A stretch of 64,000 nucleotides of DNA from the IMG/VR virus record IMGVR_UViG_3300042451_000642, one strand, 5' to 3'. This stretch comes from an uncultured virus (IMG/VR IMGVR_UViG_3300042451_000642). Lineage: Duplodnaviria; Heunggongvirae; Uroviricota; Caudoviricetes. The notes beneath the pieces were generated by a model, which did no database searches, was not told where the DNA came from, and saw only the letters and a list, made by a program, of their open reading frames with translations. Below are positions 9,608 to 19,787 of this stretch, one piece after another (the first letter of the stretch is position 1; the number at the start of each line of letters is the position of its first letter). The translations under genes were made by a program, and so were the position numbers.

Positions 9608-10492
9608 ATGAGAAAAACAATTACAATGCTATCGATAATGTTAGCACTATTGTTTACTACCACTATGTCATTTGGACAATATAGTAGTAGTGCAATTCAG
9701 AAAGGTTCGGAACAATCCTTAAAAGTTCAAACGGACACAGTCCCTAATCAATTACAAGAAATTGTTGTTACATCAAAGAAAGTCCCATTAATGACCAACG
9801 TAGGTCCTTATGGTCAACCACTTTGGACAACAATGAGAATGTTTGCATCCACTAGAGTTTATGTGATGAATCCACCAGGTACTGCAATGTACGAGAAGTG
9901 GTTTGACATCAGACAAAGAAGAAACGGACCCGCACAAATTAGAATGAGAGATGAATTCACATTCGGTTTAGGTAAGAGACTTCAATTAGACTTTTATTCT
10001 CACACAGTTTATGATGGTGAAAATGGTGACAAGGAATTCAAATGGAGAGGATTCTCTTGGGAGTTCCGTTACGCTCTTGCCGATTGGGGTAAAGTGTGGG
10101 GTAACCCCACATTGTATTGGGAAACTAAAATGTTAGATGGTCGTTGGGGTATCGAACCAAAATTATTATTAGGTGATAGAATTGGTAAGAGTGGTATTTG
10201 GGGATTTAATGCAATTTACGAGGGTAACTTAGCTGGAACCAAAGAAGAACAAGAAAGAGAATACGCATACACCGCTTCGTATGGTAATATCATCAACAAT
10301 GATTTAACATTAGGTGTGTCACATATGTTTAGATATAACGATTATGAGGGAGGTTTTCAAGAATGGTATATTGGACCACTTGTACAATATCGTTTCAATA
10401 ACAAAGCATATTTAAACATTGAACACATGCCAGGTATTAATCAAGATGCAAAACAATCAAGAACCACAATTATATTTGCATGGAGATTTTAA
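9608..10492 (+). CDS. Secreted outer-membrane beta-barrel protein
   Basis: Signal peptide MRKTITMLSIMLALLFTTTMSFG, TonB-box-like LQEIVVT, aromatic amphipathic strands, C-terminal IFAWRF. The track's 9491 start lies inside the tRNA and is rejected. Confidence 0.7.
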   Translation: MRKTITMLSIMLALLFTTTMSFGQYSSSAIQKGSEQSLKVQTDTVPNQLQEIVVTSKKVPLMTNVGPYGQPLWTTMRMFASTRVYVMNPPGTAMYEKWFDIRQRRNGPAQIRMRDEFTFGLGKRLQLDFYSHTVYDGENGDKEFKWRGFSWEFRYALADWGKVWGNPTLYWETKMLDGRWGIEPKLLLGDRIGKSGIWGFNAIYEGNLAGTKEEQEREYAYTASYGNIINNDLTLGVSHMFRYNDYEGGFQEWYIGPLVQYRFNNKAYLNIEHMPGINQDAKQSRTTIIFAWRF

Positions 10493-11487
10493 TCAAAGGA
10501 CAAGAGTTCCTTGTCTATCTAATATTCATAATGTTCGTAACAGGTATCCTCAAAGAAAGAGGATACCTTATGGACATCTTCAGACTACTTGAACAAAAAG
10601 TTAAGTCTAAAAGAATGGTGGTATTTTTGGTATCACTATTTGGTGGTATCTTACCTATTCCTGGACGTGTTGCGTTATCAGCATCTATGTTGAATAGTAT
10701 TGCGCCTATAGATAATAAGAAACGTAAGAAGTTTGGTATCATCGATTATCTTGCAACACATCACTACTATCTATGGTCACCATTAGAGAAGACTGTCATC
10801 ATTCCAATGGCAGTGTTAGGTTTAACCTATATGCAATTCATGTCATATATTTGGCCATTACTTTTAATTTCAGTCTTGTATGTAACCTATTACATTTTAT
10901 CATTAGAAGATGATGAGATTGATATCGAAGTTAAGGATGGACCAATTAATATGCAAAATATAACTATGGTGGTTATACCATTTTTAGTAACCATATTAAT
11001 GTGTGTATTCCTTACCCAATACTATTTTGGTTTCTTTACTGGATTTACAGTATGGTTAGTATATTACTCTAAGAGTTGGAATAAAATATTAGGGTATATT
11101 GATTGGGAATTGATATGGATAGTTGCGTTGGTTATTATTCTTGGTAACTTGGTTGGTTCATATTATAATGTGATTGAAGGATATATTAAACAATATAGTA
11201 AACCTGAACACATTTTAGTTGTTGCAATGATATCATTTCTTTCATCATTTATGTTAGGATCATCTGCAAAATATGCAAGTATTGTTAGTTTATTAACAAG
11301 TGTCTTTGGGATGCATTATTTCGTATTATTCTTTACATTAGAATATTCAGCATATTTGATATCGCCGTCACATAAATGTCTACCAATCGGTCAGAAGTAT
11401 TTCCACACTGGATTTATGACCTACTTGAAGGCTTTAATTGTGTGGATATCTCTTATGATTACTTATGCACTATTGACAATAATTTAA
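10480..11487 (+). CDS. Inner-membrane permease (DUF401/CitMHS/IT-superfamily-like)
   Basis: Many hydrophobic helices; GGILPIPGRVALSA and YLISPSHKCL motifs. Confidence 0.65.
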   Translation: MEILIKGQEFLVYLIFIMFVTGILKERGYLMDIFRLLEQKVKSKRMVVFLVSLFGGILPIPGRVALSASMLNSIAPIDNKKRKKFGIIDYLATHHYYLWSPLEKTVIIPMAVLGLTYMQFMSYIWPLLLISVLYVTYYILSLEDDEIDIEVKDGPINMQNITMVVIPFLVTILMCVFLTQYYFGFFTGFTVWLVYYSKSWNKILGYIDWELIWIVALVIILGNLVGSYYNVIEGYIKQYSKPEHILVVAMISFLSSFMLGSSAKYASIVSLLTSVFGMHYFVLFFTLEYSAYLISPSHKCLPIGQKYFHTGFMTYLKALIVWISLMITYALLTII

Positions 11488-11538
11488 TCTTTACATTTTT
11501 AAAATTAAGATATATATTATAAAAGATAATTAAAAAAT

Positions 11539-12009
11539 ATGGAAAAAATTACGTTAAAATTGGGAGACGTTCTACAATTAGAAAGTGAAATAAACGGATA
11601 TATTGAACCACAAACCGGAGAACAAGTGTTTGAGGGATTCAGTAAACAAAACCTATCAATCATTTTGAAATATGAATTGAGTGACTTCTCAACAGAACTT
11701 AAAGGTGAGAGAACTAAGGTTGAAGCATTAAGAGATGAATTAATCAAAAAATATGGTGAAGAAGATGGTAAGGGTGGTGTCTTAGTTAAAATGTATAATG
11801 AATTGAAAGATGAGGAGGGTAACGTAACTGGTAAAGTTATTAACCCACAATACATCGAATTTGATAATGAATATGGTGTACTTTTAAATCAAGAAATTGA
11901 AATCGAATACCCTGAAATTACCAAAGAAGATTTAAAGGATGCGGGTAAAACGAAAGACAAATATCAGGTCTTATTTAAATTAATCAAAAAAGAAAAAGGG
12001 ACTTTATAG
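11539..12009 (+). CDS. Hypothetical acidic phage protein
   Basis: 156-aa ORF with its own promoter-like site at 11490-11518. Confidence 0.7.
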   Translation: MEKITLKLGDVLQLESEINGYIEPQTGEQVFEGFSKQNLSIILKYELSDFSTELKGERTKVEALRDELIKKYGEEDGKGGVLVKMYNELKDEEGNVTGKVINPQYIEFDNEYGVLLNQEIEIEYPEITKEDLKDAGKTKDKYQVLFKLIKKEKGTL

Positions 12010-12020
12010 TCCCTTTTTTT
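11993..12020. terminator. Bidirectional intrinsic terminator
   Basis: AAAAAGGGACT-TTAT-AGTCCCTTTTT between convergent genes. Confidence 0.8.
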
Positions 12021-12852
12021 TATACTCATCTATGTAATCATATAGATTTACGATTGGTATCCAATTTAAAATTAATCTAGATAATGTACTTTCACATAAA
12101 GTTTCTTGAGCTTCTCCTGGTTTATCTTCCATATAAACTCTATCTTTTTTAAACATATCGGCAACCTCATTTAGAGAAAAATTTTGACCCCTACCCAATT
12201 CAAATGTGTGTCCCCACGATTCCTTATCACATATCTTAATTAATGCGTTAACAATATCATCAATATGGGTGAAATCTCTTCTTTTAGAACCATCACCATA
12301 TATTGTTAAAGGTTCATTATCATCATATTGTTTTTCCCACCTACCGATAACCGTACTATAACCACCATCCCTTAAATGATGTGGACCATATACGTTATAA
12401 AAACGAGTTATGGATGACTTTAAACCAAAATGTTCCTGATAAAGTTTAACAATCTCCTCACCAATATCTTTACTAAATGTGTACGGATTTTTAAACTTAC
12501 CACTATGATGTGAACTACTTCCAGCATAAATTAATGGTATATCATTCTTAACACAATATTGTACCATGTTCAATGTACCATTTGTATTTGTTTCAAAATA
12601 TTCAATTGGATGTTTAAATGATGGTTGTATTCTTGCAATTGCGGCTAAATGAAACACAATATCATATTTCACGTTGTCTAGTATGTTTAGATTTCTAACA
12701 TCACCACATATGTAATTTGCACCATCTTGGTGATTAGAACTAAAACCACTTAAGTAGTTATCTAACGATGTCACATCGTGACCATCTTTTAATAGTCTTT
12801 TAATTAAATTGGTACCTACGAATCCAGCACCACCAGTTACCAGTATATTCAT
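12004..12852 (-). CDS. NAD-dependent epimerase/dehydratase
   Basis: TGGAGFVG, HLAA, YTFSK (YxxxK), RFYNVYGP. Confidence 0.9.
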   Translation of the reverse strand: MNILVTGGAGFVGTNLIKRLLKDGHDVTSLDNYLSGFSSNHQDGANYICGDVRNLNILDNVKYDIVFHLAAIARIQPSFKHPIEYFETNTNGTLNMVQYCVKNDIPLIYAGSSSHHSGKFKNPYTFSKDIGEEIVKLYQEHFGLKSSITRFYNVYGPHHLRDGGYSTVIGRWEKQYDDNEPLTIYGDGSKRRDFTHIDDIVNALIKICDKESWGHTFELGRGQNFSLNEVADMFKKDRVYMEDKPGEAQETLCESTLSRLILNWIPIVNLYDYIDEYKKKGL

Positions 12853-13961
12853 TATATTGTTTTTTTAATAACTATCATCATACTCCCAATTTGGTACTCA
12901 CCTGGTTCATAGTAAGGTATTGATAACCTTATTTTATGTAAAGTTCTAATATCATCATCTGTGAATTGTTCAACTTCAGTAATCATCACGTCAACCGTAT
13001 CTGTAAGGGTAAATTTCGATCTTAAATCGTATCGTGTATTCTTTTGTTCATTTTCAATATAAGTCTCAGGAATCTCTCCTAAATCGATTTTATCGAAGAA
13101 TGGTTCTACCTCCATTAATCTATTTCTATTACGGGTAGTTAAACCCATATTAAAAGTCTTATATGTAAAGTTATCTTCTTCCCAATATCTAAGTTCATTA
13201 AATGCTGAGATTGGTATACCCCACTTTCTAACAAAGTTTCTATTGGATGAAACCTCATATAACATTCTATCTTTTTTATAGTCATCACTAAATCTTGATG
13301 TCTGCGAAACAAAATGATAGGTGATTGCAGAATCACATGTTTTTAAATTATAACCTTTTAGTTTCGCACGGATTAAGAAATCATCATCCTCACAAAATGC
13401 GGGTACGAAACTGAAACCATCAAACCCACCAATATCGTCGAACATCTTTTTAAATCCTGACATAAAGAACACGGCACCATTGTATAAGTTCTTACTATCT
13501 TTCCATTGGTCCACATAAGCATTAAAATTATATTGGTCAAAGTTATCAAACCCCGAACCCAAATCTAATAATACTTTACCTGCTCTTTGGTGACCTCTAA
13601 AAATTGGAGGTTCAATTGTTGTATAGGATAATAATGTATTTGGATTCTCATCTAATAATCTATCTAAGTTCTCTAAAAACTGTTCACCAATTACCATATC
13701 GTTGTGAATCAACACGAGTTTTTCAGTATCAACAAGTTTGATTGCTGCATTATATGTTTCAGAAAATGTTAATCTATCATCATCATGAATAAAAGAAAGA
13801 TTCTTATCTTCCAATGACCCCAACCATTCTTTGGTTCCATCATATGAACCACCGCTACTAATCACCAAAGCTGCTGTTGGGTATATATCACGTAAACGAT
13901 TATAACATTCTATTGTTAAATCTAATTTATTATAAACCGCTAATACAAATGTTATATTCAT
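12852..13961 (-). CDS. Glycosyltransferase family 2
   Basis: GT-A N-terminus, HNDM, GGFD..F..EDDD. Confidence 0.8.
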   Translation of the reverse strand: MNITFVLAVYNKLDLTIECYNRLRDIYPTAALVISSGGSYDGTKEWLGSLEDKNLSFIHDDDRLTFSETYNAAIKLVDTEKLVLIHNDMVIGEQFLENLDRLLDENPNTLLSYTTIEPPIFRGHQRAGKVLLDLGSGFDNFDQYNFNAYVDQWKDSKNLYNGAVFFMSGFKKMFDDIGGFDGFSFVPAFCEDDDFLIRAKLKGYNLKTCDSAITYHFVSQTSRFSDDYKKDRMLYEVSSNRNFVRKWGIPISAFNELRYWEEDNFTYKTFNMGLTTRNRNRLMEVEPFFDKIDLGEIPETYIENEQKNTRYDLRSKFTLTDTVDVMITEVEQFTDDDIRTLHKIRLSIPYYEPGEYQIGSMMIVIKKTI

Positions 13962-14929
13962 TATTTTTCAATTTGTTCTTTAATCCAAGAAAATGTTTTC
14001 GTCAAACCGTCATATAATGAATTTGACGGTGACCAATTTAATTTATCTTTAATTAATTTATTATCACTATTTCTACCTCTCACACCAGTTGGTCCTGTTA
14101 TATTTTTAATATAAACCATTTTACCACTAATGTCAATAATCCATTGAGCCAATTCATTTATTGAAATCATTTCATCACTACCGATGTTAACCGGTCCAAT
14201 AAATTCCGAATCCATTAAACGACGCACTCCCTCTAAACATTCGTCAATATATAAAAACGAACGAGTTTGTTTTCCATCACCCCATATTTCTATTTCACCA
14301 CCATCAATCGATTCCACAACTTTTCTACATAACGCTGCTGGTGCTTTTTCTTTACCACCATCATAAGTTCCATATGGACCAAATATATTATGAAATCTAG
14401 CAATTCTAATATCTAAACCATAATTTTTATGATATGACATATAAAGACGTTCACTAAATAACTTCTCCCAACCATATTCTGAGTCGGGATTTGCTGGATA
14501 AGCTGAAGATTCTTCACAATTAGGATTATTTGGGTCTAATTGATTATGTTCAGGATAAACACATGCTGATGATGAGAAGAATATTTTTTTAACTCCAGTC
14601 TTTAATGCGGAATCTAAAACATTTAAATTTATCATTGCGGAATTATGCATAATTTTTGCATCATTATCGCCAGTAAAAATGTAACCAGCACCACCCATAT
14701 CCGCAGCCAATTGATAAACCTCATCAAATGAACCTTCTGGTAATGACATAACATCAAATACAAAATTAGGGTCCGTTAAGTCACCTTGAAACCACTCTGA
14801 ATTAAATTTAGTAAAAAAGGCATGTCTTTTAATATCCACATTACGAACAAAGTGACCCTCATCGGTTAATTTCTTTGATAGGTTGCCACCGATAAAACCA
14901 CACCCACCAAGGATTAAAATTTTTTTCAT
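13961..14929 (-). CDS. NAD-dependent epimerase (GDP-mannose 3,5-epimerase-like)
   Basis: GGCGFIG, LAADMGG, YGWEKLFSE, KAPAALCRK. Confidence 0.85.
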   Translation of the reverse strand: MKKILILGGCGFIGGNLSKKLTDEGHFVRNVDIKRHAFFTKFNSEWFQGDLTDPNFVFDVMSLPEGSFDEVYQLAADMGGAGYIFTGDNDAKIMHNSAMINLNVLDSALKTGVKKIFFSSSACVYPEHNQLDPNNPNCEESSAYPANPDSEYGWEKLFSERLYMSYHKNYGLDIRIARFHNIFGPYGTYDGGKEKAPAALCRKVVESIDGGEIEIWGDGKQTRSFLYIDECLEGVRRLMDSEFIGPVNIGSDEMISINELAQWIIDISGKMVYIKNITGPTGVRGRNSDNKLIKDKLNWSPSNSLYDGLTKTFSWIKEQIEK

Positions 14930-16017
14930 TTATTTATTTCTGTTTTAATAAAATTTAATGCAGATTCAATTACCTGATGCATATCATAGTACTTGTATTC
15001 GGCCAATCTACCGCCAAAATGTATATTCTTTAACTTATTCGATTCTATTTTATATTTTTGATAAATCTCATTATTATCCATATCGTTAACTGGATAATAT
15101 GGTTCAGTTTCATTCACCTTATATTGAGTAGGATATTCATAAGTTACCCAAGTGTGATTAGTAATATTTTCTTTTTCAAAATGTTTATGTTCAATAACAC
15201 GAGTGTGTTGTGTTTTTGAATCTGTGTAGTTTATGACAGAACAACCTTGGTAATTATCCATATCCTTTTTAAAGTGTTCGAAACGGGTTGTTTTATATTC
15301 CAACTCACCAAATTTGTAATTAAAAAACTTATCTATTGGTCCCGTGTAAATTACACGATTATGTTCAGGTAATTTATCTGTAAAATAATTAGTGTTAAGT
15401 TTAACCTCAATACCATCTAATAACTTTTCAAAAATTTGGGTGTATCCACCGATAGGTATACCTTGATACTTGTCATTGAAATAATTATTATCATATGTGA
15501 ACCTAACTGGTAATCTTTTAATAATTTCTTTTGGTAGTTCGTTGCAAGGTTTTCTCCATTGTTTTTCGGTATAACCTTTGATTAATTTTTCATAGACATC
15601 TTTACCAACTAACTTAATTGCTTGATTTTCCAAATTATTTGGATTATCAATTTCTTTTGATTGAGAATCAATAACATCTTTAGCCTCTTTAGGTGTTGTT
15701 ACATTCCATAGTTTATTAAATGTCCACATGTTAAACGGTAACGAATATAATTCACCTTCATAATTGGCAACAGGATTATATCTGAAATTGTTAAATTCAA
15801 CATATTGGTTAATCCATTTCCACACATCTTCATTTGATGTATGAAATATGTGTGGACCGTAGGTGTGAATGTTTATACCGTCTCTATTTTCTGTGTGACA
15901 ATTACCACCAATATGATTACGAGATTCAATAACTAAAACTTTTTTACCCGACTTAGTTAATTCATGCGCACATATGGACCCATATAATCCAGCACCTACA
16001 ATCAGATAATCGTACAT
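14926..16017 (-). CDS. glf: UDP-galactopyranose mutase
   Basis: IVGAGLYG, HIGGNC, YGPHIFHT, YFNDKYQGIP, GRLAEYKYYDM. Confidence 0.95.
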   Translation of the reverse strand: MYDYLIVGAGLYGSICAHELTKSGKKVLVIESRNHIGGNCHTENRDGINIHTYGPHIFHTSNEDVWKWINQYVEFNNFRYNPVANYEGELYSLPFNMWTFNKLWNVTTPKEAKDVIDSQSKEIDNPNNLENQAIKLVGKDVYEKLIKGYTEKQWRKPCNELPKEIIKRLPVRFTYDNNYFNDKYQGIPIGGYTQIFEKLLDGIEVKLNTNYFTDKLPEHNRVIYTGPIDKFFNYKFGELEYKTTRFEHFKKDMDNYQGCSVINYTDSKTQHTRVIEHKHFEKENITNHTWVTYEYPTQYKVNETEPYYPVNDMDNNEIYQKYKIESNKLKNIHFGGRLAEYKYYDMHQVIESALNFIKTEINK

Positions 16018-16772
16018 TACCACTTATGTTTAAAGAGTACCAACTTATTTTCAAAATAAACATTACCATTACCATCTTGTTTTGTTCCAATAGGACTTGG
16101 GTAATGTGTGTGGTTATGAATATCGTATGGCATTTCTATTACGTTATATTCTGATTTGGTATTAATTATAAATGAAATTAACCATTGTTGTTTTGCATAG
16201 TGTTTAAACATTTTATCAACTAAAGGATATAATGGGATGTAATCGTTTGCCAATTTCTGCCAAGTTTTTTTATTCATAGCAATTAAACCGGTGTTATAAA
16301 CCTTAACCTTTCTCCAATTAACATCAAAAAATTCGGGATACATTGTTCCATTATAACCTAATCTTGGAGCTTCATCATATAACGTATCTGTTGGTGATGC
16401 GTTATAACCTATATAAACATCACCATCTTTAAAGTTGGAATACATTTCCCTTTCTTCGTCAGTAATATTTCTTTGTAGATACATGTCCCCATCAGTATAA
16501 AAAATAACGTCATCATCATTAAATTTATCAAAATATTGTGCGAAAATAAACTCGCCATGCTGTGTACAATTTATTGGACTTAATGCTTTAATTTTTGATG
16601 GGTCCTGCTTGGCAATTGATATTTTTGAAGTGTTTATACTGAAATCTTCATTACTTAATAGAACTAAGACATTTTCATCAAAGTTTGAATTCATTTCTAA
16701 TGACCCTAAATAAGGTTCTATTTTTTTTAAATAGTTAAAATCGGAACCTGTTGCTAAAATTAATTTATTCAT
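16017..16772 (-). CDS. Putative glycosyltransferase (DxD-type)
   Basis: FYTDGD, YNTGL motifs; located inside the sugar cluster. Confidence 0.55.
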   Translation of the reverse strand: MNKLILATGSDFNYLKKIEPYLGSLEMNSNFDENVLVLLSNEDFSINTSKISIAKQDPSKIKALSPINCTQHGEFIFAQYFDKFNDDDVIFYTDGDMYLQRNITDEEREMYSNFKDGDVYIGYNASPTDTLYDEAPRLGYNGTMYPEFFDVNWRKVKVYNTGLIAMNKKTWQKLANDYIPLYPLVDKMFKHYAKQQWLISFIINTKSEYNVIEMPYDIHNHTHYPSPIGTKQDGNGNVYFENKLVLFKHKW

Positions 16773-16827
16773 TTTCTTTTGTCAAGTCTAATTTATTATA
16801 TACTGCTAATACAAATGTTATATTCAT
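16765..16827 (-). pseudogene. 20-codon relic of the 5' end of the GT2 gene that starts at 13961
   Basis: Encodes MNITFVLAVYNKLDLTKENE*, versus MNITFVLAVYNKLDLTIECY for the intact gene. Confidence 0.8.
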
Positions 16828-17441
16828 TAATTTTTAATAAAATTTTCTCTATGTCTTCTATAATATAGAAGACCTTTTTTGACCCATTCCATTTTAGCAC
16901 CAGCACGCTTAAACCCATTATAAAGAAATAAATCTTCTTGTGAATGAATCCCACCAGTTGCTTGGTAACCAATTGATTGGGCTAATTTAGTGTTGTACAT
17001 CATCGATCCATGATGTCTTTGAAATCTAGACCAATACAAGTCACCTTGGTATGGTGTCATCTCAGGGCCGTGCCTATTTAATAATCCTCTTTTAGAATCT
17101 CCAGTCACAACAATATCATATGTTACAACATCAGCATTTACTTTATCTAATATCTCTAATGTATCTGCTCTCAACCAGTTATCTGCACCTAAAAACATAC
17201 ATTTATCGGTTGTCACTCTCATCAACATATCCTGAAAATTTGCAACAGTACCCATGTTTTTTTCCCTCAACACATATTCAACTTCAGGATATATTTTTGG
17301 TAGGTGACCACAATCACCAACACCGTCATCTACAAATAAAATCTTATCAGGTTTTCTCGATTGACATAAAACACTTTCAATACAATGTGCGGCTAAATGT
17401 CCATATTGATATGAAGCAATCACAACTGTTATAGTACTCAT
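16827..17441 (-). CDS. Glycosyltransferase family 2
   Basis: VVIASY, VDDG, FLGADN, EDL motifs. Confidence 0.8.
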   Translation of the reverse strand: MSTITVVIASYQYGHLAAHCIESVLCQSRKPDKILFVDDGVGDCGHLPKIYPEVEYVLREKNMGTVANFQDMLMRVTTDKCMFLGADNWLRADTLEILDKVNADVVTYDIVVTGDSKRGLLNRHGPEMTPYQGDLYWSRFQRHHGSMMYNTKLAQSIGYQATGGIHSQEDLFLYNGFKRAGAKMEWVKKGLLYYRRHRENFIKN

Positions 17442-18172
17442 GGTATATGGTTTACATTAATATTACGAATTATTTCACCATTTTTCAAGTAATCAGGATA
17501 TGTTTTTGTTGATTTTGACCTACAGAATCCATTCATATATGTCATTCTATCTTTCTTTGATTGATTTGGCTCACTACCATGAACAGATAAAACTGACCAT
17601 ATCAAAACATCACCTTTATTTGCGGTATATTTCTTACCACTTAAGTCACCTCTTTTAAATTCTCGTAAATTATTTGGAAGCGGAATCCTCATTGTCTTAT
17701 GTGAACCATCAATAAACTCAATTGCACCATTGTCCTCTGTTATTTCATCAACGGCAATTATTGTTTGGAAATAATCATCCTCTACATCGTTATTGAAATT
17801 TATATCCTCTCTAAACATAACGTCTTGATGCCACGCAAATTGATCTTGGTCACCACTTTCTCTAAAATAAATTTGATTATTTATTTGTTTAACATCATCA
17901 CCAATAAAATTTTTAACCAAATTAATCATCCTTTCATCCGTTCTAATTTTATTCAGATATTCGTTAACAAGTGACGGAAAAAAAACTAACAATCTTTTAT
18001 CATTTTTCTTTTCACTTGGTACGTGTGGATAACCACTTTTTTTAATATCCTCATCTCTCACAGAATAAGCATTCTTTTTAATTTCGTCACACTCTTCTGA
18101 CGTAAAAACATTTGACATAACTATAATACCTTTTTCGTTATATTCTTTCTTAAGTTGTTCAAAATCAATCAT
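17438..18172 (-). CDS. PhyH-family 2OG-Fe(II) dioxygenase
   Basis: WHQD, NGAIEFIDGSHK, GDVLIW..VHGS..N..R. Confidence 0.85.
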   Translation of the reverse strand: MIDFEQLKKEYNEKGIIVMSNVFTSEECDEIKKNAYSVRDEDIKKSGYPHVPSEKKNDKRLLVFFPSLVNEYLNKIRTDERMINLVKNFIGDDVKQINNQIYFRESGDQDQFAWHQDVMFREDINFNNDVEDDYFQTIIAVDEITEDNGAIEFIDGSHKTMRIPLPNNLREFKRGDLSGKKYTANKGDVLIWSVLSVHGSEPNQSKKDRMTYMNGFCRSKSTKTYPDYLKNGEIIRNINVNHIP

Positions 18173-18681
18173 AGGTATGGTCTATATATTTTATAATTAT
18201 GGTCTTTATCTTGTGGATTTCTTGACCCCTGCGTTACGCTCCACGCTTTTTCATAACCCATTTCCTTTACACACTCAATTGCTAAATCATTGAATTTACC
18301 ATATGGATATGCAAAATATTTCATTGGAAATGGTGGAGTTATTTCTTTTATAATTTCATCTTTTTTCAGTAACGTTAAATCCGGATGACTCCAAGTGTGC
18401 CAACCAATTTCAAAATCATATTCATCACACATTTCATTTATTTGTTCCCATGTACAATATTTTTCTAGTTTTGGAACATATTGTAAATCAAAATAATTGT
18501 CACCACCAATAAAATTACCCATGACAAAAAATATTCCGGTTTTATTTTTTAAAATGTCTTTATTTTCATAAACATTTAAATAAATCCCATCAAAACCAAG
18601 AGGTTCATTTGAGTTTAATACTTGTTCTCTTGTGTGGTAATTAGAATGTCTAATGTTACCGATATTATGTAGTAGTCTCAT
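18169..18681 (-). CDS. Polysaccharide deacetylase (NodB-like)
   Basis: FDG, EIGWHTWSHPDL, FAYPYG. Confidence 0.8.
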   Translation of the reverse strand: MRLLHNIGNIRHSNYHTREQVLNSNEPLGFDGIYLNVYENKDILKNKTGIFFVMGNFIGGDNYFDLQYVPKLEKYCTWEQINEMCDEYDFEIGWHTWSHPDLTLLKKDEIIKEITPPFPMKYFAYPYGKFNDLAIECVKEMGYEKAWSVTQGSRNPQDKDHNYKIYRPYL

Positions 18682-19138
18682 ATAATCTCACTATTTGTTT
18701 ATATTCTCTATAATTAAATTCAATCTCTTTTATTATTTTACCAAAATCAGACCAAATCATCCAATCCTTTATGCCACCAACAAGGACATATTTTTTAGCA
18801 GATTCGTGAATCCAGTTCTTTATTTGTTCATTATTATATTGTCTGTATAATGTCCCGGTTGTCATAACTAAATCATATTTACCTTCCGGTTTTAATAATC
18901 TATTTACATTATTTGGTAATCTAGATGATGCATTATCAGACAATTCGATGCCATATATTTTATTTGCTGGTATATCCTTAGTTATATAACCCTCACCACA
19001 ACCAATGTCTAATGCTGTATCATATTGGTCTAATAAAGACAAAATTAAATCTTTTCTTTTTTTATCATCTGGATTTGTTTCATATGACCAAGGGTCCGGT
19101 TTATTGTACCAATTTTCTAACTCTTGTTTTGTTTGCAT
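18665..19138 (-). CDS. SAM-dependent methyltransferase (NodS-like)
   Basis: DPWSY, ALDIGCGEG. Confidence 0.75.
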   Translation of the reverse strand: MQTKQELENWYNKPDPWSYETNPDDKKRKDLILSLLDQYDTALDIGCGEGYITKDIPANKIYGIELSDNASSRLPNNVNRLLKPEGKYDLVMTTGTLYRQYNNEQIKNWIHESAKKYVLVGGIKDWMIWSDFGKIIKEIEFNYREYKQIVRLYETTT

Positions 19139-19147
19139 TATATATAA

Positions 19148-19729
19148 TTAATTATGTACGTATAATGGTTTACTTATTTTTTCAATCTTACCTTTTGGAA
19201 ACTTTTGTAGATACTCTTCCACAAATTTACCGTCAGCCTGTATGTTCGTAACATCCAACTTCATTTGTTGTGCATATTTAGTTCTTACCATAAAATTACC
19301 AATATCAATATGTCCCCATTCAGGTTTACATTGGATATGAACATACTGAGAATTTGTCCAATTGTGAATCATGTCACAATAAACAAAATGTACATCTGGA
19401 TTTGCCCTACTAAACATGTGGTCAACAAATACGGGAGTGTAATAATTATCTTCGCCAGTCATGATGACCCATTCCTCTTTAGCATGTTCTAAACCATAAT
19501 TTCTAGGAGTGTGACCCCAATCATTATATCTTTCAGGTAATATAGTGAATCTAATCCTATCATCACCCTCAAAATATTTAATTATTTTATCTAATGTACC
19601 TTCAGGTGGACAATCTGCTACCACATGTATTGACCAATCTTCACTTCTTTGTGCAAATATGGAATTGATTGTGCACATCAAATGGTGAGGTCTATCATAT
19701 GTTGGTATTATAAATTCTATTTTACTCAT
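19148..19729 (-). CDS. Glycosyltransferase family 2
   Basis: IIPTYDR, RNYGL, EDNYY. Confidence 0.8.
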   Translation of the reverse strand: MSKIEFIIPTYDRPHHLMCTINSIFAQRSEDWSIHVVADCPPEGTLDKIIKYFEGDDRIRFTILPERYNDWGHTPRNYGLEHAKEEWVIMTGEDNYYTPVFVDHMFSRANPDVHFVYCDMIHNWTNSQYVHIQCKPEWGHIDIGNFMVRTKYAQQMKLDVTNIQADGKFVEEYLQKFPKGKIEKISKPLYVHN

Positions 19730-19787
19730 TTTTTTTTATTTAATATAGTTATTTTTTCTGACAATTTATAATGTTTAATAATAATTT

